This document shows, in pieces, positions 26,278-36,516 of a stretch of 64,000 bases of DNA (within the stretch, counting starts at the first letter, position 1; every line of letters starts with the position of its first letter). Origin of the DNA: an uncultured Gemmatimonadales bacterium. GTDB lineage: Bacteria; Gemmatimonadota; Gemmatimonadetes; Longimicrobiales; Longimicrobiaceae. The notes beneath the pieces were generated by a model, which worked only from the letters and a program-made list of their open reading frames with translations, ran no database searches and was not told the DNA's origin. The position numbers were made by a program, and so were the translations under genes. The stretch is from assembly GCA_963716255.1 (NCBI GenBank), contig OY970303.1, positions 4,192,001-4,256,000 of the forward strand. The letters run 5' to 3'.

Positions 26278-28341
26278 CTACAAAAAGTCCCAGAACGTCG
26301 GGCGGGTCTCCACGACCACCTCCCAGCGGCCGTCGCGGCCCAGGCCGCGGGCCAGGTCCACGCGCACGATGTCGTAGAAGATCCCCAGCCCCGCCCCGAT
26401 GCTCGCGCGCACGCCGTCCGTGGTCCGGGCCGGCCAGGCGGCGAGCGCGTCCTCGCCGGCCTCGCCCTCGCCCGTCCACCCCGCCGCCCCCAGGAGGCGG
26501 CCGCGCAGCCAGGGGGCGGCCAGCTCGGCGGAGGCGACCGCCCGCGCCAGGGCGAAGCGGTCGCCGCCGAACGAGCGGAAGCGGAAGCCCGGCACCGTGC
26601 CGCGGCCGCCCAGCAGGAACAGGCCCTGGCGGGGCAGGGTGCCCCAGGCCATGCCGGCGGCGCCGTCCAGCTCCAGCAGCACGTCGCGCGGGGACCCGCG
26701 CCGCAGCCACTGCGCGTCCACCACCGGGCGCGCGAAGGACTGCGTGACGTCGAAGTCGCCGGAGCCGTCCAGCCGGCCCGCGTCCACGGTGACCCCCGCG
26801 CCCCACCCCGCCGCCACGTCCGCGGGGATGGCGCGGCGCGCCCCGAGCGTCGCCCCCAGGAGCGTCCCCCGGTCGATCCCCGCCACGCGCCGGAAGCCGT
26901 CCCCCAGGAGCGAGAAGTCCGAGGTCAGCGCCGCCGACCGGTGCGACTCCACCCGTCCCGCCGCCGACAGCGTCCACCCCGGAGCAAGCGGAGCGCGCAG
27001 GCGCAGCTCGCCGCCGCGGGCGTAGTACGGGTCCGTGTAGTCCTCGCCGGCCAGCAGCGCCGAGAGCGTGTTCACCACCCCCGACGCCGCGGGCGCGATG
27101 CCCACGTCGCGCGGCAGGTTGTAGTACGCGGTGGCTTCCAACCCCGCGGCGCCCATGCTCCAGCGCGCGCCCGCCTCCGCGAGCGCGTGCTCCGCGCCGA
27201 ACGCGTACCCCCCGCGGACGCGCGCCGCCAGCCCCTCCGAGGGGCGGAAGGCGAGCCCCGCCCCCACCACCGCCCCCTCCGCGCGATCGTAGCGCAGCAC
27301 CTTCGACGCCGTCCCCACGTCCAGCCGCGAGGCGGGCAGCCCGCTCAGCATGCGCGCGCGGGCCAGCTCCATCGCCTGGCGCCGCACCTCCGCCAGCTCC
27401 GTGTCCGGCCCGATCCCCTGCTCGCGCAGCTCCTCGTACAATCCCTGCTCGAAGGCGAAGGCCTCGCGCTGCGTCTCCGGCACCGCCACCACCTTGGGGC
27501 CGCGGAAGAAGTCGTCCGCGATGGGCTGGTTGAAGCGGTAGTTGGACACCCGCATGGTGGCGCGGATCACCCCGCCCGCGGGAAAGTCCAGCTCCGGGAG
27601 CTGGCGGCGGATCTCCACCTGCTGCTGGTTGGGGAGCCAGAAGCGCTCCTTCCACAGCCCGTTGTCCAGCGAGATGTTGATGTAGTCCAGGTACCGGTCC
27701 ACGTACGACGACGGCGTGAAGGTGAAGTCCATCCTCACCAGGTCGCCGCGCCGCTGGTCCACGAACACCGAGCCCAGGAACGCCGGCTGGTCCATGTCGC
27801 GCGGGCGCACCCGCACCTCGTACACGCGCACCGGCTCCGCCGCGCCCGGGAGGCGGATGGAAAGCGAGTCCGCCACGCGAAAGCGATAGAACGCCTCCGA
27901 GCCCTGCGCCGCCGGGTGCAGCACGTCCCGCACCTCGTCGCCGTCGCCCAGGCGGATGCGCTCGCCGAAGTTGTCCTGCACCACGCTCAGGTGGTCCAGG
28001 TGGTAGTTGATGTTGGTGGGGAGCTTCTTCTCGTCGCGCAGCCCCACGATGCGCTGCTTGGAAAAGGCCGGCGCCTTCCAGTACACGTCCAGCGCCACCT
28101 GGTCCGTCTTCACCAGCGTGCGGTCGCCGGTGTCGCGGCGGTCCAGGTAGAAGTACACGTAGCCGCGCGCGTCCGCCTGGTAGCTGGCGAGCGCCGTGTC
28201 GGCGTTGGTCTCGGTGCGGCGCGCCTGGGCGCGGCGCACCAGCTCCAGCACCCGCGCGTCGTCCCACCCGGGCTCCTGCGCGTGGAGCGCGGGGGCGAGG
28301 AGGAGGGCTGCGAGGAAGAGGACGAGCGGCGTTCGGCTCAT
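26278..28341 (-). CDS. Probable outer-membrane beta-barrel protein with N-terminal periplasmic domain (DUF5686-like)
   Basis: Signal peptide MSRTPLVLF; C-terminal alternating beta strands, LGGRGTVPGF loop, aromatic terminus FWDFL. Confidence 0.75.
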   Translation of the reverse strand: MSRTPLVLFLAALLLAPALHAQEPGWDDARVLELVRRAQARRTETNADTALASYQADARGYVYFYLDRRDTGDRTLVKTDQVALDVYWKAPAFSKQRIVGLRDEKKLPTNINYHLDHLSVVQDNFGERIRLGDGDEVRDVLHPAAQGSEAFYRFRVADSLSIRLPGAAEPVRVYEVRVRPRDMDQPAFLGSVFVDQRRGDLVRMDFTFTPSSYVDRYLDYINISLDNGLWKERFWLPNQQQVEIRRQLPELDFPAGGVIRATMRVSNYRFNQPIADDFFRGPKVVAVPETQREAFAFEQGLYEELREQGIGPDTELAEVRRQAMELARARMLSGLPASRLDVGTASKVLRYDRAEGAVVGAGLAFRPSEGLAARVRGGYAFGAEHALAEAGARWSMGAAGLEATAYYNLPRDVGIAPAASGVVNTLSALLAGEDYTDPYYARGGELRLRAPLAPGWTLSAAGRVESHRSAALTSDFSLLGDGFRRVAGIDRGTLLGATLGARRAIPADVAAGWGAGVTVDAGRLDGSGDFDVTQSFARPVVDAQWLRRGSPRDVLLELDGAAGMAWGTLPRQGLFLLGGRGTVPGFRFRSFGGDRFALARAVASAELAAPWLRGRLLGAAGWTGEGEAGEDALAAWPARTTDGVRASIGAGLGIFYDIVRVDLARGLGRDGRWEVVVETRPTFWDFL

Positions 28342-28391
28342 GTCGTGGATGGGATGCGGATCCGCTTGCAACGGCTTCGGACGGCAGGTTT

Positions 28392-28519
28392 GGGCGTGCC
28401 CCCGGCTGCGCCGGGGTCGGGCTTCGGCTCCGTAGAGCAGCAAACAACGCTGCTCAACGGAGTCGAGCCCCGCGAAACTGCCCGCGGGTCTCGCCCCTGC
28501 GGGCCGAAATCCCTCACGC
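28392..28519 (-). repeat. Family A structured repeat, copy A5
   Basis: Full consensus on minus strand; variable stem GAGCAGC/GCTGCTC. Confidence 0.95.
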
Positions 28520-28661
28520 GGGGCCGGAAAACGCGACCGGGCCCGGCCGCTGCGGCCCGGACCCGGACGGTCCCGTCTCCGGTGCGTGTCTGCGTCGCCC
28601 GGGGTGCTCACGCGCCGGGCATGCTACCCGGCGTACGCCCGCCGGGATCCGCGCCCCTCCC

Positions 28662-29159
28662 TCAGCCCGCGACCTCCCGGATCTCCGCGCGCCGCTCCAG
28701 CATGCGGGCGTCGGGGTCGTTGAAGGCGCGCACGCTGGCCAGGACGGCGCGGTCGATCATCCCGTCGATCATCTCCATCGCCGCGCAGGTGCCCTCGGAG
28801 CGCGCGCCCGTGGCGGAGAGGTGCGCCCAGATGGCGCGGCGGAACATGGTCAGCTCCGCGACGATCTCGTCCAGCTCGTAGCCGTCCACCCGCCGCCCGA
28901 AGCCGTGCACCGCCGCGAAGTACTCCGCGTCGGCGCGGTCGCGGTTCAGCAGCAGCCGGTCCAGGATGGCGTCGAAGAGCTGCGGCACGTGGTCCAGGAG
29001 AACCGGGTCGCTGAGCCGCCGCCCCGTCTCCACCGTGGAGTTCTCGCGCACCCGCTCGATCCAGTCCACGATGATCGCATCGCGGCCGGAGCGCAGGGCG
29101 CCCAGGATGTCGGTGAAGTCCTTGACTTCGATCCGGTACAGCGACGGCCCGATGTTCAT
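28662..29159 (-). CDS. Stand-alone RsbRD-N-like (globin-fold) sensor domain protein
   Basis: I..DW.ERV, LLDHVP.LFD, HG..R..GY.L.EIV.E....R pattern. Confidence 0.65.
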   Translation of the reverse strand: MNIGPSLYRIEVKDFTDILGALRSGRDAIIVDWIERVRENSTVETGRRLSDPVLLDHVPQLFDAILDRLLLNRDRADAEYFAAVHGFGRRVDGYELDEIVAELTMFRRAIWAHLSATGARSEGTCAAMEMIDGMIDRAVLASVRAFNDPDARMLERRAEIREVAG

Positions 29160-29235
29160 GCTGCCAGCCGGGGTAGGGCGCGGCGGAGGAGCGATCCGCG
29201 CAAATCTAACACGGCCACGCGGCCATGGGGAGCGC

Positions 29236-29982
29236 TCAGCGCCCCGCCATGAAGAGGAGCAGGAAAACGTCGTACAGGGCGTGCGTCCACGCCGTGATCC
29301 CGAAGCCGCGCAGCAGGAAGAGCGCGCTGAAGGCGAGTCCCGCCAGGAAGCGGAAGAGGAACGACTGGAGCTGCCACGGGTCGCCGTACGGGCCGATGTA
29401 GTGGAACGCCGAAAAGGCGAGCGCCGAGAGCAGCGCGGCGAACCCGCCAGAGCGCACCCGCGGCAGCCCGCCCGAGCGGAAGAGCACGAAGAGCCCGCCG
29501 GCCAGCAGCACCCGGAAGAGCAGCTCCTCGTAGATCCCGGCGCCCAGCGACAGCACGAGCCCCTCCCCCAGCGGGAGCGACGCCATGGTCCCGCCGCGGT
29601 CCGCCGCGAGCCGCATCCCCGCGCCCTCCAGCACCCACTGCGTGGCCGTTCCCACCACCATCCCGAAGAGCAGCGCGTACAGCGCGCTCTCCACCATCAT
29701 CCCGGCGAACACCCCCGCCTGGATCCCCTTGACCCGCTTGCGCCGCCACTCGGCGAGCACCACCACACCGGCCACCACCACCAGGAAGGCGGTCAGCGCC
29801 ACGGTGCTGTGGAGCCCGCCCGTCGCCAGGAGCGCGCGGATGAGCACGTCCGCCCCGTTGCGCAGCGGCGCCGCGGAGGTGGTGGAGACCCAGGCCGCCC
29901 CCGCCTCGTACAGCAGGAGGAGGGGGATCGCGAAGAGCAGCGAGTACGTCTGGGTGCGGGAAAGCTCGAAGTAGCGTCGCAT
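29236..29982 (-). CDS. CPBP (CAAX/Abi) family intramembrane metalloprotease
   Basis: YEELLFR, FSAFHY, HALYD motifs; multiple TM helices. Confidence 0.9.
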   Translation of the reverse strand: MRRYFELSRTQTYSLLFAIPLLLLYEAGAAWVSTTSAAPLRNGADVLIRALLATGGLHSTVALTAFLVVVAGVVVLAEWRRKRVKGIQAGVFAGMMVESALYALLFGMVVGTATQWVLEGAGMRLAADRGGTMASLPLGEGLVLSLGAGIYEELLFRVLLAGGLFVLFRSGGLPRVRSGGFAALLSALAFSAFHYIGPYGDPWQLQSFLFRFLAGLAFSALFLLRGFGITAWTHALYDVFLLLFMAGR

Positions 29983-30124
29983 CTGGAGAGCGGAAACGGC
30001 CTCGCGTGGCCTGGCGATTGCGAAAACGGCGCGTGGAAGCGCGCGGACGGGGTCCCGTCCGCTCAACCTGTCTTACGGCAATGGCGCGGCGGGGGTTTCG
30101 GCCGGCGCGGGAGGCGACCGGCAG

Positions 30125-30523
30125 ATGCTGAAACGTACAGCCGGGCGGAGCGGATGGGGAGCGGGGGCGGCGCTCGCCGCGCTGCTGGCGCTTCCCGGGT
30201 GCGGGCTCCTCGGCGGCGGCCCCCCGGCCGCCGCGGCGAGCCCCGCGGAGACCGCGCGCATCCGCGGCGAGGTGGAGGCGCGGCTCGCCGCGGAGCCTTC
30301 CATCGGGGCGGGGCGGGTGCGCGCGGAGGTGGCCGGGGCGACGGTGGCGCTGCACGGCGCGGTGGACGGCTTCGGCGCGCTCCAGTGCGCCATCGCCAAC
30401 GCCGGGCTGGTCCGCGGGGTGGACAACGTGGTGGACAAGATGGTGCTCCGCCCCGGCCCCCGCACCGTCCGCTGCCTGGCTCCCCGCCCGCCGGCCGCGG
30501 CGGCTCCCGCCCCGGAGGCGTGA
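30125..30523 (+). CDS. BON-domain lipoprotein
   Basis: Lipobox LPGC; VRAEV.G.TVALHG.V...A..V.GV..V BON pattern. Confidence 0.8.
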   Translation: MLKRTAGRSGWGAGAALAALLALPGCGLLGGGPPAAAASPAETARIRGEVEARLAAEPSIGAGRVRAEVAGATVALHGAVDGFGALQCAIANAGLVRGVDNVVDKMVLRPGPRTVRCLAPRPPAAAAPAPEA

Positions 30524-31371
30524 CCGCCCGCGCGGGCGGTGTTAGATTGTTCCCCCCGTCCGCCGGACCCGTGCGCGCCACCCACGCTCCCCGGAGGCCC
30601 GTCCTGTCCCGTCGCAGCAAGCGCCCCGCCGCGTCCCGCACCCCCGCGCGCCGTCCCCGCTCCCGCGGCGGGAAGCGCGCCGGAGCGCGCCGCCTCCGCC
30701 CGTCGCTGCTGGCGGACACGCGGCACCTGGCCGTGGCCGCCCTCGCCGCCGCCGCGCTGGTGCTCTTCCCGCCCACCCGCGGCGTCCTCGCCGGGGCCTG
30801 GGGAGTGCTGCGCGAGGCCATGGCCGCCAGCCGCGCCGCGGAGGCGCGCCGCTCGCTGGTGGGGGCGTACGCCGCGCGCTATGGGATCTCGCACGCGCTC
30901 GCCGGCGACATCTTCGACGCCGCGGACGCCGAGGGGCTGGACGCCGACCTCGCCTTCCGCCTGGTGCGGGTGGAAAGCGAGTTCCACGAGCGCGCGGTGA
31001 GCCCCGTGGGCGCGCTGGGGCTCACGCAGCTCATGCCGGCCACCGCCGCCGGCCTCCAGCCCGGCATCACCCGCGAGCAGATCCTGCACCGCCGCACCAA
31101 CCTGCGGCTGGGCTTCCGCTACATGCGCGGGCTCCTCCGCCAGTACGACGGCGACGTCCCCGAGGCGCTGCACGCCTACAACCGCGGCATGGGCACCGTC
31201 GCCCGCATCCGCGCCAACGGCGGCGACCCGGCCAACGGCTACGCGGCCAAGGTCCTGGGCCGGCGCGGCGCGAGCCCCGTCCGCCCCGGCGCCCCCTCCG
31301 ACGCCGTGGCGCCGCCTCCCAGGCCGCTCCACGATATGGCACCCGGGCGCCTCCCCGCCTCGTTCGAGTGA
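30520..31371 (+). CDS. Lytic transglycosylase (SLT domain)
   Basis: VRVES catalytic Glu, GALGLTQLMP, AYNRG; start uncertain (GTGA overlap assumed). Confidence 0.85.
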   Translation: MTARAGGVRLFPPSAGPVRATHAPRRPVLSRRSKRPAASRTPARRPRSRGGKRAGARRLRPSLLADTRHLAVAALAAAALVLFPPTRGVLAGAWGVLREAMAASRAAEARRSLVGAYAARYGISHALAGDIFDAADAEGLDADLAFRLVRVESEFHERAVSPVGALGLTQLMPATAAGLQPGITREQILHRRTNLRLGFRYMRGLLRQYDGDVPEALHAYNRGMGTVARIRANGGDPANGYAAKVLGRRGASPVRPGAPSDAVAPPPRPLHDMAPGRLPASFE

Positions 31372-31387
31372 CTCCGGCGGGGGCCTG

Positions 31388-31497
31388 GGGCCGCTACGGG
31401 AGCCCCGGAAACCGCCCCGGGTCTCCCCCCGAACCGATACATGGGGGTACGACGAAAAGTCTCCCCCCGAACCGATACATGGGGGTACGACGAAAAG
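31388..31497 (+). repeat. Family B copy B7 (single module) with exact 38-bp tandem duplication of its tail
   Basis: GGGCCGCTACG head; GAGC-CCCGG-AAACCGCC-CCGGG-TCTC; 31421-31458 identical to 31459-31496. Confidence 0.88.
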
Positions 31498-31498
31498 C

Positions 31499-31539
31499 GA
31501 ACGGCGCCCGCACCTGAAGTCCCGGTGCGGGCGCCGTTC
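31499..31539. terminator. Hairpin / probable terminator
   Basis: GAACGGCGCCCGCAC ... GTGCGGGCGCCGTTC inverted repeat. Confidence 0.55.
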
Positions 31540-31691
31540 TCCTGCTCCGTACTGTCACGCCGTGATGCTCAACCCGCCCGAGACCTTCGTGTCACTTCGA
31601 CACCCGGCTTGCAACTCCGGCAGACCCCCGTGGAGGACGGTGTGGCGCCGCCTCCGCGCGGGTCGTCCTCCGTATGGAAGGGGACGGAAAC

Positions 31692-31707
31692 TGGCACGCG
31701 TTTGGCT
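31692..31707 (+). promoter_or_regulatory. Possible sigma54 promoter
   Basis: TGGCACGCGTTTGGCT with GG-N10-GC spacing, about 60 nt before the 31766 ATG. Confidence 0.5.
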
Positions 31708-31765
31708 ACGTAGGGGACCAGGGCACCGTGTGCCACGCGGGAACCGGTCACAGGAGGATGCGGCG

Positions 31766-32083
31766 ATGACATACATGCTGTTCGTGCTTCTGCTCGTGCT
31801 GGTGGGGGCGGCGGGTCTGCTGGCGGCGCACGCCGTCCGCAGCGAGCACCTGGTGGTGTTCAGCCACCGCGGCGGCGAGGTCTTCTTCATGGAGCGCGTC
31901 GAGGACGGCCGCTACCAGCTGATCCCGCCGGCCCGGGCGCCGCTCGCGGTGTGGCGCTTCGCGCGCCAGCGCGCCTCCGCGCTGCTGCGGGCCACGCCGC
32001 GCGTCGCCCTGGAGCACGTCCCCGGGCGCCCCTTCCAGGCGCTTCGCCGCGGCGAGCGTGGCGCCCGCACCGCGCACGCGTAG
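31766..32083 (+). CDS. Small membrane-anchored hypothetical protein
   Basis: RBS AGGAGG; N-terminal TM helix. Confidence 0.65.
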   Translation: MTYMLFVLLLVLVGAAGLLAAHAVRSEHLVVFSHRGGEVFFMERVEDGRYQLIPPARAPLAVWRFARQRASALLRATPRVALEHVPGRPFQALRRGERGARTAHA

Positions 32084-32109
32084 CCGCAACAGAGGCAGGA
32101 TTCGACTGA

Positions 32110-32150
32110 ACGGGGGCGCGCCGCACCGCGGCGCGCCCCCGTAGTCTTTT
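32110..32150 (+). terminator. Intrinsic terminator
   Basis: ACGGGGGCGCGCCGC-ACC-GCGGCGCGCCCCCGT then AGTCTTTT. Confidence 0.6.
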
Positions 32151-32390
32151 CCACCCACGTGCATCTCTTTCCGGTCCGGGGCGCCCCCGCCCCGCCTGCC
32201 CCTCCATCTCCCCACCCTCCGTCCCGCTCCGGCGGGCATCCCACAGCCGTCGCGGCCGCGCCGCGGCACGTACGCACGGGCCGCTTCCCATCCCCCGGCA
32301 AACCCCGGAAAGGCGCCGATTTGTATGAGCCGCGCTCAGCGATTACGATGATGCGCGCCCATCCACCCCCACCCCGCGACCCGGAGTCGC

Positions 32391-33173
32391 GTGCGCACCA
32401 TCCGGCAGCTCTTCGACCTTTCCGGCAGCGTCGCGCTGGTCACCGGCGGCGGCCGCGGGCTGGGCGAGCAGGTCGCCCGCGGGCTGGCCCAGGCCGGCGC
32501 CGCCGTGGCGCTGGGCTCGCGGAAGAAGGAGGCGTGCGATGCCATCGCCGCCGAGCTGCGCGAGGCGTACGGCGCGCGGGCGCTCGGCCTGCGCCTGGAC
32601 GTGACCTCCGAGGAGGAGGTGCGCGCCGCGGTGGAGGAGGCCGAGCGCGAGCTGGGTCCCGTGGACCTGCTGGTGAACAATTCCGGCGCCACCTGGGGCG
32701 CTCCCGCCGCCGAGATGCCGCTGGACGCGTGGCGCAGGGTGATGGAGACCAACGCCACCGGCACCTTTCTGTGCTCGCGCGAGGTGGGGCGGCGGCTGAT
32801 CGCGCGCGGCGCCGGCGGGGCCATCCTCAACGTGGCCTCCGTTTCCGGGCTGGGCGGCGCCCCGCCCGAGGTCCTGGACGCGGTGGGCTACAGCGCCTCC
32901 AAGGGGGCGGTGGTCGCCTTCACGCGCGACCTGGCGGTGAAGTGGGCGCGGCACGGGATCCGGGTGAACGCCGTGGCCCCCGGCTTCTTCCCCACGAAGA
33001 TGACCGCCGGGGTGCTGGCGGCGGCGGAGCGCGGCATCGCGCGGATGGTCCCGCTGGGGCGCGTCGGCGCGGACGACGAGCTGATGGGCGCGGCGCTCTT
33101 CCTCCTGTCGCCCGCGGCGTCGTACGTCACCGGGCAGGTGCTGGCGGTGGACGGGGGGATGACCGCGGCCTGA
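32391..33173 (+). CDS. SDR family oxidoreductase (gluconate 5-dehydrogenase-like)
   Basis: TGGGRGLG, LVNNSG, YSASK, VNAVAPG, VDGG. Confidence 0.93.
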   Translation: MRTIRQLFDLSGSVALVTGGGRGLGEQVARGLAQAGAAVALGSRKKEACDAIAAELREAYGARALGLRLDVTSEEEVRAAVEEAERELGPVDLLVNNSGATWGAPAAEMPLDAWRRVMETNATGTFLCSREVGRRLIARGAGGAILNVASVSGLGGAPPEVLDAVGYSASKGAVVAFTRDLAVKWARHGIRVNAVAPGFFPTKMTAGVLAAAERGIARMVPLGRVGADDELMGAALFLLSPAASYVTGQVLAVDGGMTAA

Positions 33174-33266
33174 GCCACCGGGCGGCGGGTGCGGAGATTG
33201 CCGGGTCCAGCGGGCCCCGGCGCAGGTGGTCGAAGGAACGAACAGACTCTCACAGGAGCGACAGCG

Positions 33267-35438
33267 ATGGCAGCCACGGAGACCCCGGTGGAGACCGGCT
33301 CCCGCATGGTCCGCATGGAGATCGAGGACGGCATCGCCGTGATCCGCCTCGACCAGCCGGGGAAGCCGGTCAACGTCATCTCCCGGCAGATGATGGAGGA
33401 GATGGGCGAGGTCCTGGGCCGCCTGGAGGCGCGCGAGGGGGGCGTCCGCGCCGCCGTGATCGCCTCCGACAAGCCCGGCGTGTGGATCGCCGGCGCCGAC
33501 ATCGAGGAGTTCCAGCACATCCGGAGCGCCGCCGACGGCGAGCAGCTCAGCCTGGCCGGCCACCGGCTCCTCAACCGCATCGAGGCGCTGGAGATCCCGG
33601 TGGTCGCCGCCATCGACGGGGCGGCGCTCGGCGGCGGGCTGGAGACCGCGCTCGCCTGCGACTACCGCATGGCCAGCAGCTCCCCCAGGACCAAGCTGGG
33701 CCTCCCCGAGGTGCAGCTCGGCATCCTCCCCGGCGCCGGGGGGACGCAGCGGCTGCCGCGGCTGCTGGGGATCGCCAGCGCGCTCGACCTGATGCTCACC
33801 GGCAAGAACCTGGACGGCCGCCGCGCCATGAAGCTGGGGCTGGTGGACGAGGTGGTCCCCGCGCCCATCCTCCTCCGCGAGGCGAAGCGCGCCGCCCGCG
33901 AACTCGCCGACGGCACGCGGAAGCCGCGCGCCGGCCGCCGCCGCGGGTCGCCGGACTGGAAGGAGGGGCTCCCCGGGGTGGGCGCCATCATCTTCCGCAA
34001 GGCGCGCGAAGGGGTGATGGACAAGACGAAGGGGCTGTACCCCGCGCCGCTCCGGATCCTGGAGGTGGTGGAGCGGGGGATCGACCGGCCGCTGGAGGAG
34101 GGGCTGGCGCTGGAAGCGAAGGCCTTCGGCGAGCTGAGCGTCACCCCCGAGTCGCGCAGCCTGGTGCACCTGTTCTTTTCGAAGACCGGCGCCGAGAACC
34201 GTCCCGACCTTCCCGGCAGCCCCAGGCCCGTCAAGGCCGAGCACGTCGCCGTGGTGGGCGCCGGCTTCATGGGCGCCGGGATCGCCGCCGCCTCCGCCGA
34301 GTCGGGGATGAGCGTGCGCCTCAAGGACGTGAGCACGCAGGCCGTCGCCAAGGGGCTGAAGACCGCGCGCGACATCCTCGCCAGGCGGGCGAAGCGCAAG
34401 CGCCTCCCCCGCTACGAAGTCACCCGGCTGGTGGACCGGGTGGAGCCCACCGCCGGGTACACCGGCTTCGGCGCCGTGGACCTGGTGGTGGAAGCCGTGT
34501 TCGAGGAGCTGGAGCTGAAGCACCGCGTGCTCCGCGAGATCGAGGCCGAGATCCCCGAGGACGCCGTGCTGGGCTCCAACACCTCCACCATCCCCATCCA
34601 CCGCCTGGCCGAGGCCGTGTCGCGCCCGCAGAACGTGCTGGGGCTGCACTTCTTCTCCCCCGTGGAGAAGATGCCGCTGCTGGAGATCATCATCACCGAC
34701 CAGACCGACCCGGAGGTGGCCGCCACCGGGCACGCCTACGGCAAGCGGCTGGGCAAGACCCCCATCATCGTCAACGATTCCCCCGGCTTCTACGCCAACC
34801 GCATCCTCACCCCTTACATGGCCGAGGCGGCGCTGCTGCTGGACGAAGGCGCGCGGATGGAGGACATCGACCGCGCCATGACCGCGTGGGGGTACCCGGT
34901 GGGCCCCGTCACCCTGTACGACGAGGTGGGGCTGGACGTGGCCTCCAAGGCCGGAAAGATCATGGCCGAAGCCTTCGCCGACCGCATGAAGCCCAGCGAC
35001 GTCGTCAACCGGCTGGTGGCCGACGGGCGGCTGGGGCGCAAGAACGGACGCGGCTTCTACCGCTACGAAGAAGGCGAGCGCAAGGGCCCGGACGAGAGCG
35101 TGTACGCCCTCATCGGCGGCCCGCCGCGCCGCGACGTCCCCGCCGCCGAGATCCAGGACAGGCTCGCGCTGGTCATGGTCAACGAGGCGGTGCGGACGCT
35201 GGAGGAGGGGGTGCTGCGCAGCGCCCGCGACGGCGACGTGGGTGCCATCCTGGGGATCGGCTTCCCGCCCTTCCGCGGCGGCCCCTTCTGGTACGTGGAC
35301 CAGACCGGCGCGGACGAGGTGCTGGCCCGCCTGCGCGCGCTGGAGCAGAAGCACGGCCCGCGCTTCGCCCCCGCCGCGCTGCTGGTGGAGAAGGCCGAGA
35401 CCGGGGGCAAGTTCTTCGACGCCGCGGACGCCGGGTGA
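33267..35438 (+). CDS. fadJ: Fatty-acid oxidation complex alpha subunit (enoyl-CoA hydratase / 3-hydroxyacyl-CoA dehydrogenase)
   Basis: AGADI, GGGLE, LPEVQLG; GAGFMG, EAVFE, SNTS, HFFSP, GIGFPPFRGGP. Confidence 0.92.
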   Translation: MAATETPVETGSRMVRMEIEDGIAVIRLDQPGKPVNVISRQMMEEMGEVLGRLEAREGGVRAAVIASDKPGVWIAGADIEEFQHIRSAADGEQLSLAGHRLLNRIEALEIPVVAAIDGAALGGGLETALACDYRMASSSPRTKLGLPEVQLGILPGAGGTQRLPRLLGIASALDLMLTGKNLDGRRAMKLGLVDEVVPAPILLREAKRAARELADGTRKPRAGRRRGSPDWKEGLPGVGAIIFRKAREGVMDKTKGLYPAPLRILEVVERGIDRPLEEGLALEAKAFGELSVTPESRSLVHLFFSKTGAENRPDLPGSPRPVKAEHVAVVGAGFMGAGIAAASAESGMSVRLKDVSTQAVAKGLKTARDILARRAKRKRLPRYEVTRLVDRVEPTAGYTGFGAVDLVVEAVFEELELKHRVLREIEAEIPEDAVLGSNTSTIPIHRLAEAVSRPQNVLGLHFFSPVEKMPLLEIIITDQTDPEVAATGHAYGKRLGKTPIIVNDSPGFYANRILTPYMAEAALLLDEGARMEDIDRAMTAWGYPVGPVTLYDEVGLDVASKAGKIMAEAFADRMKPSDVVNRLVADGRLGRKNGRGFYRYEEGERKGPDESVYALIGGPPRRDVPAAEIQDRLALVMVNEAVRTLEEGVLRSARDGDVGAILGIGFPPFRGGPFWYVDQTGADEVLARLRALEQKHGPRFAPAALLVEKAETGGKFFDAADAG

Positions 35439-36400
35439 GCGAAGCCGTGACGGAGGTCGCGGCCGGCGTCCACCGCATCGCCGTCCCCCTCCCGTTCCCG
35501 CCGCACGAGGTCGCCGCCTGGCTGATCGAGGGGGACGACGGCTTCACCCTGGTGGACACCGGGATGGACACCCCCACGGCGCGCGCCGCGCTGCGCGGCG
35601 GCGCCGAGCGGGTGGGGGTGACGCCCGGGAACCTGGCGCACGTGCTCCTCACCCACGTGCACATCGACCACTACGGGCTCGCCGGGCCCGTGCGGGCGTG
35701 GTCCGGGGCGCGCGTGGCGATCCACGAGCGCGAAGAGGCGCTGGCCCGCCGTTTCGTGGACCGCTGGCCCGAGGACCGCCAGGGAGCCGTCGGCGGTTTC
35801 CGGGAGATGGGGGTGCCCGAAGATCTGGCCGCGCAGCTGCTCGCGGCCACCGACCGCATCCACGCCCTGTACGCCCACTTCCAGCCGGACGAGCTCCTGG
35901 TGGGGGAGCGAGGTCCTCTCCCCGGCGGGGGCGGGTGGGAGTGGATGCTCACCCCCGGCCACTCGCCCGGGCACGTGGTGGTGTACCACCCCGAGCGGCG
36001 AATCCTGGTGGCGGGCGACCACGTCCTCCCCCGCATCTCCCCCAACATCGGCGCGGACCTGTACGTCGAGGACCCCCTCACCGACTACCTGGCCTCGCTG
36101 CGACGCCTGCGCGAGCTCCCGGTGGAGGTGGTCCTTCCCTCGCACGGGCCGCTTTTCGGCGACCTGGCCGGGCGCGTCGGCGAGATCCTGGAGCACCACG
36201 AGGCTCGCAACCGCGAAGTCCTCGGCCTCCTCGCCGCTCCCGCGACCGCGTACGAGGTGGCCGCGGGGATCTTTCCCTCGCTCCCGCCCGACAACTTCGT
36301 CCACGCGCTGCGCGAGGTGCGTGCCCACCTCATCCACCTGGAGAGCGAAGGGCGCGCCGAGCGCGTTCCCGGTTTCCCGGAGCGCTGGCGAGCGGCTTAG
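35435..36400 (+). CDS. MBL-fold metallohydrolase
   Basis: LVDTG, THVHIDH, PGHSPG, AGDH, PSHG; GTGA overlap with fadJ. Confidence 0.9.
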   Translation: MSEAVTEVAAGVHRIAVPLPFPPHEVAAWLIEGDDGFTLVDTGMDTPTARAALRGGAERVGVTPGNLAHVLLTHVHIDHYGLAGPVRAWSGARVAIHEREEALARRFVDRWPEDRQGAVGGFREMGVPEDLAAQLLAATDRIHALYAHFQPDELLVGERGPLPGGGGWEWMLTPGHSPGHVVVYHPERRILVAGDHVLPRISPNIGADLYVEDPLTDYLASLRRLRELPVEVVLPSHGPLFGDLAGRVGEILEHHEARNREVLGLLAAPATAYEVAAGIFPSLPPDNFVHALREVRAHLIHLESEGRAERVPGFPERWRAA

Positions 36401-36516
36401 GACCGGTCTGGACGGGCGGGTTCGGGCGTGCCCCCGGCTGGCGCCGGGGTCGGGCTTCGGCTCCGTAGGGCTGCAAACGACGCAGCCCAACGGAGTCGAG
36501 CCCCGGCAAACAGCCG

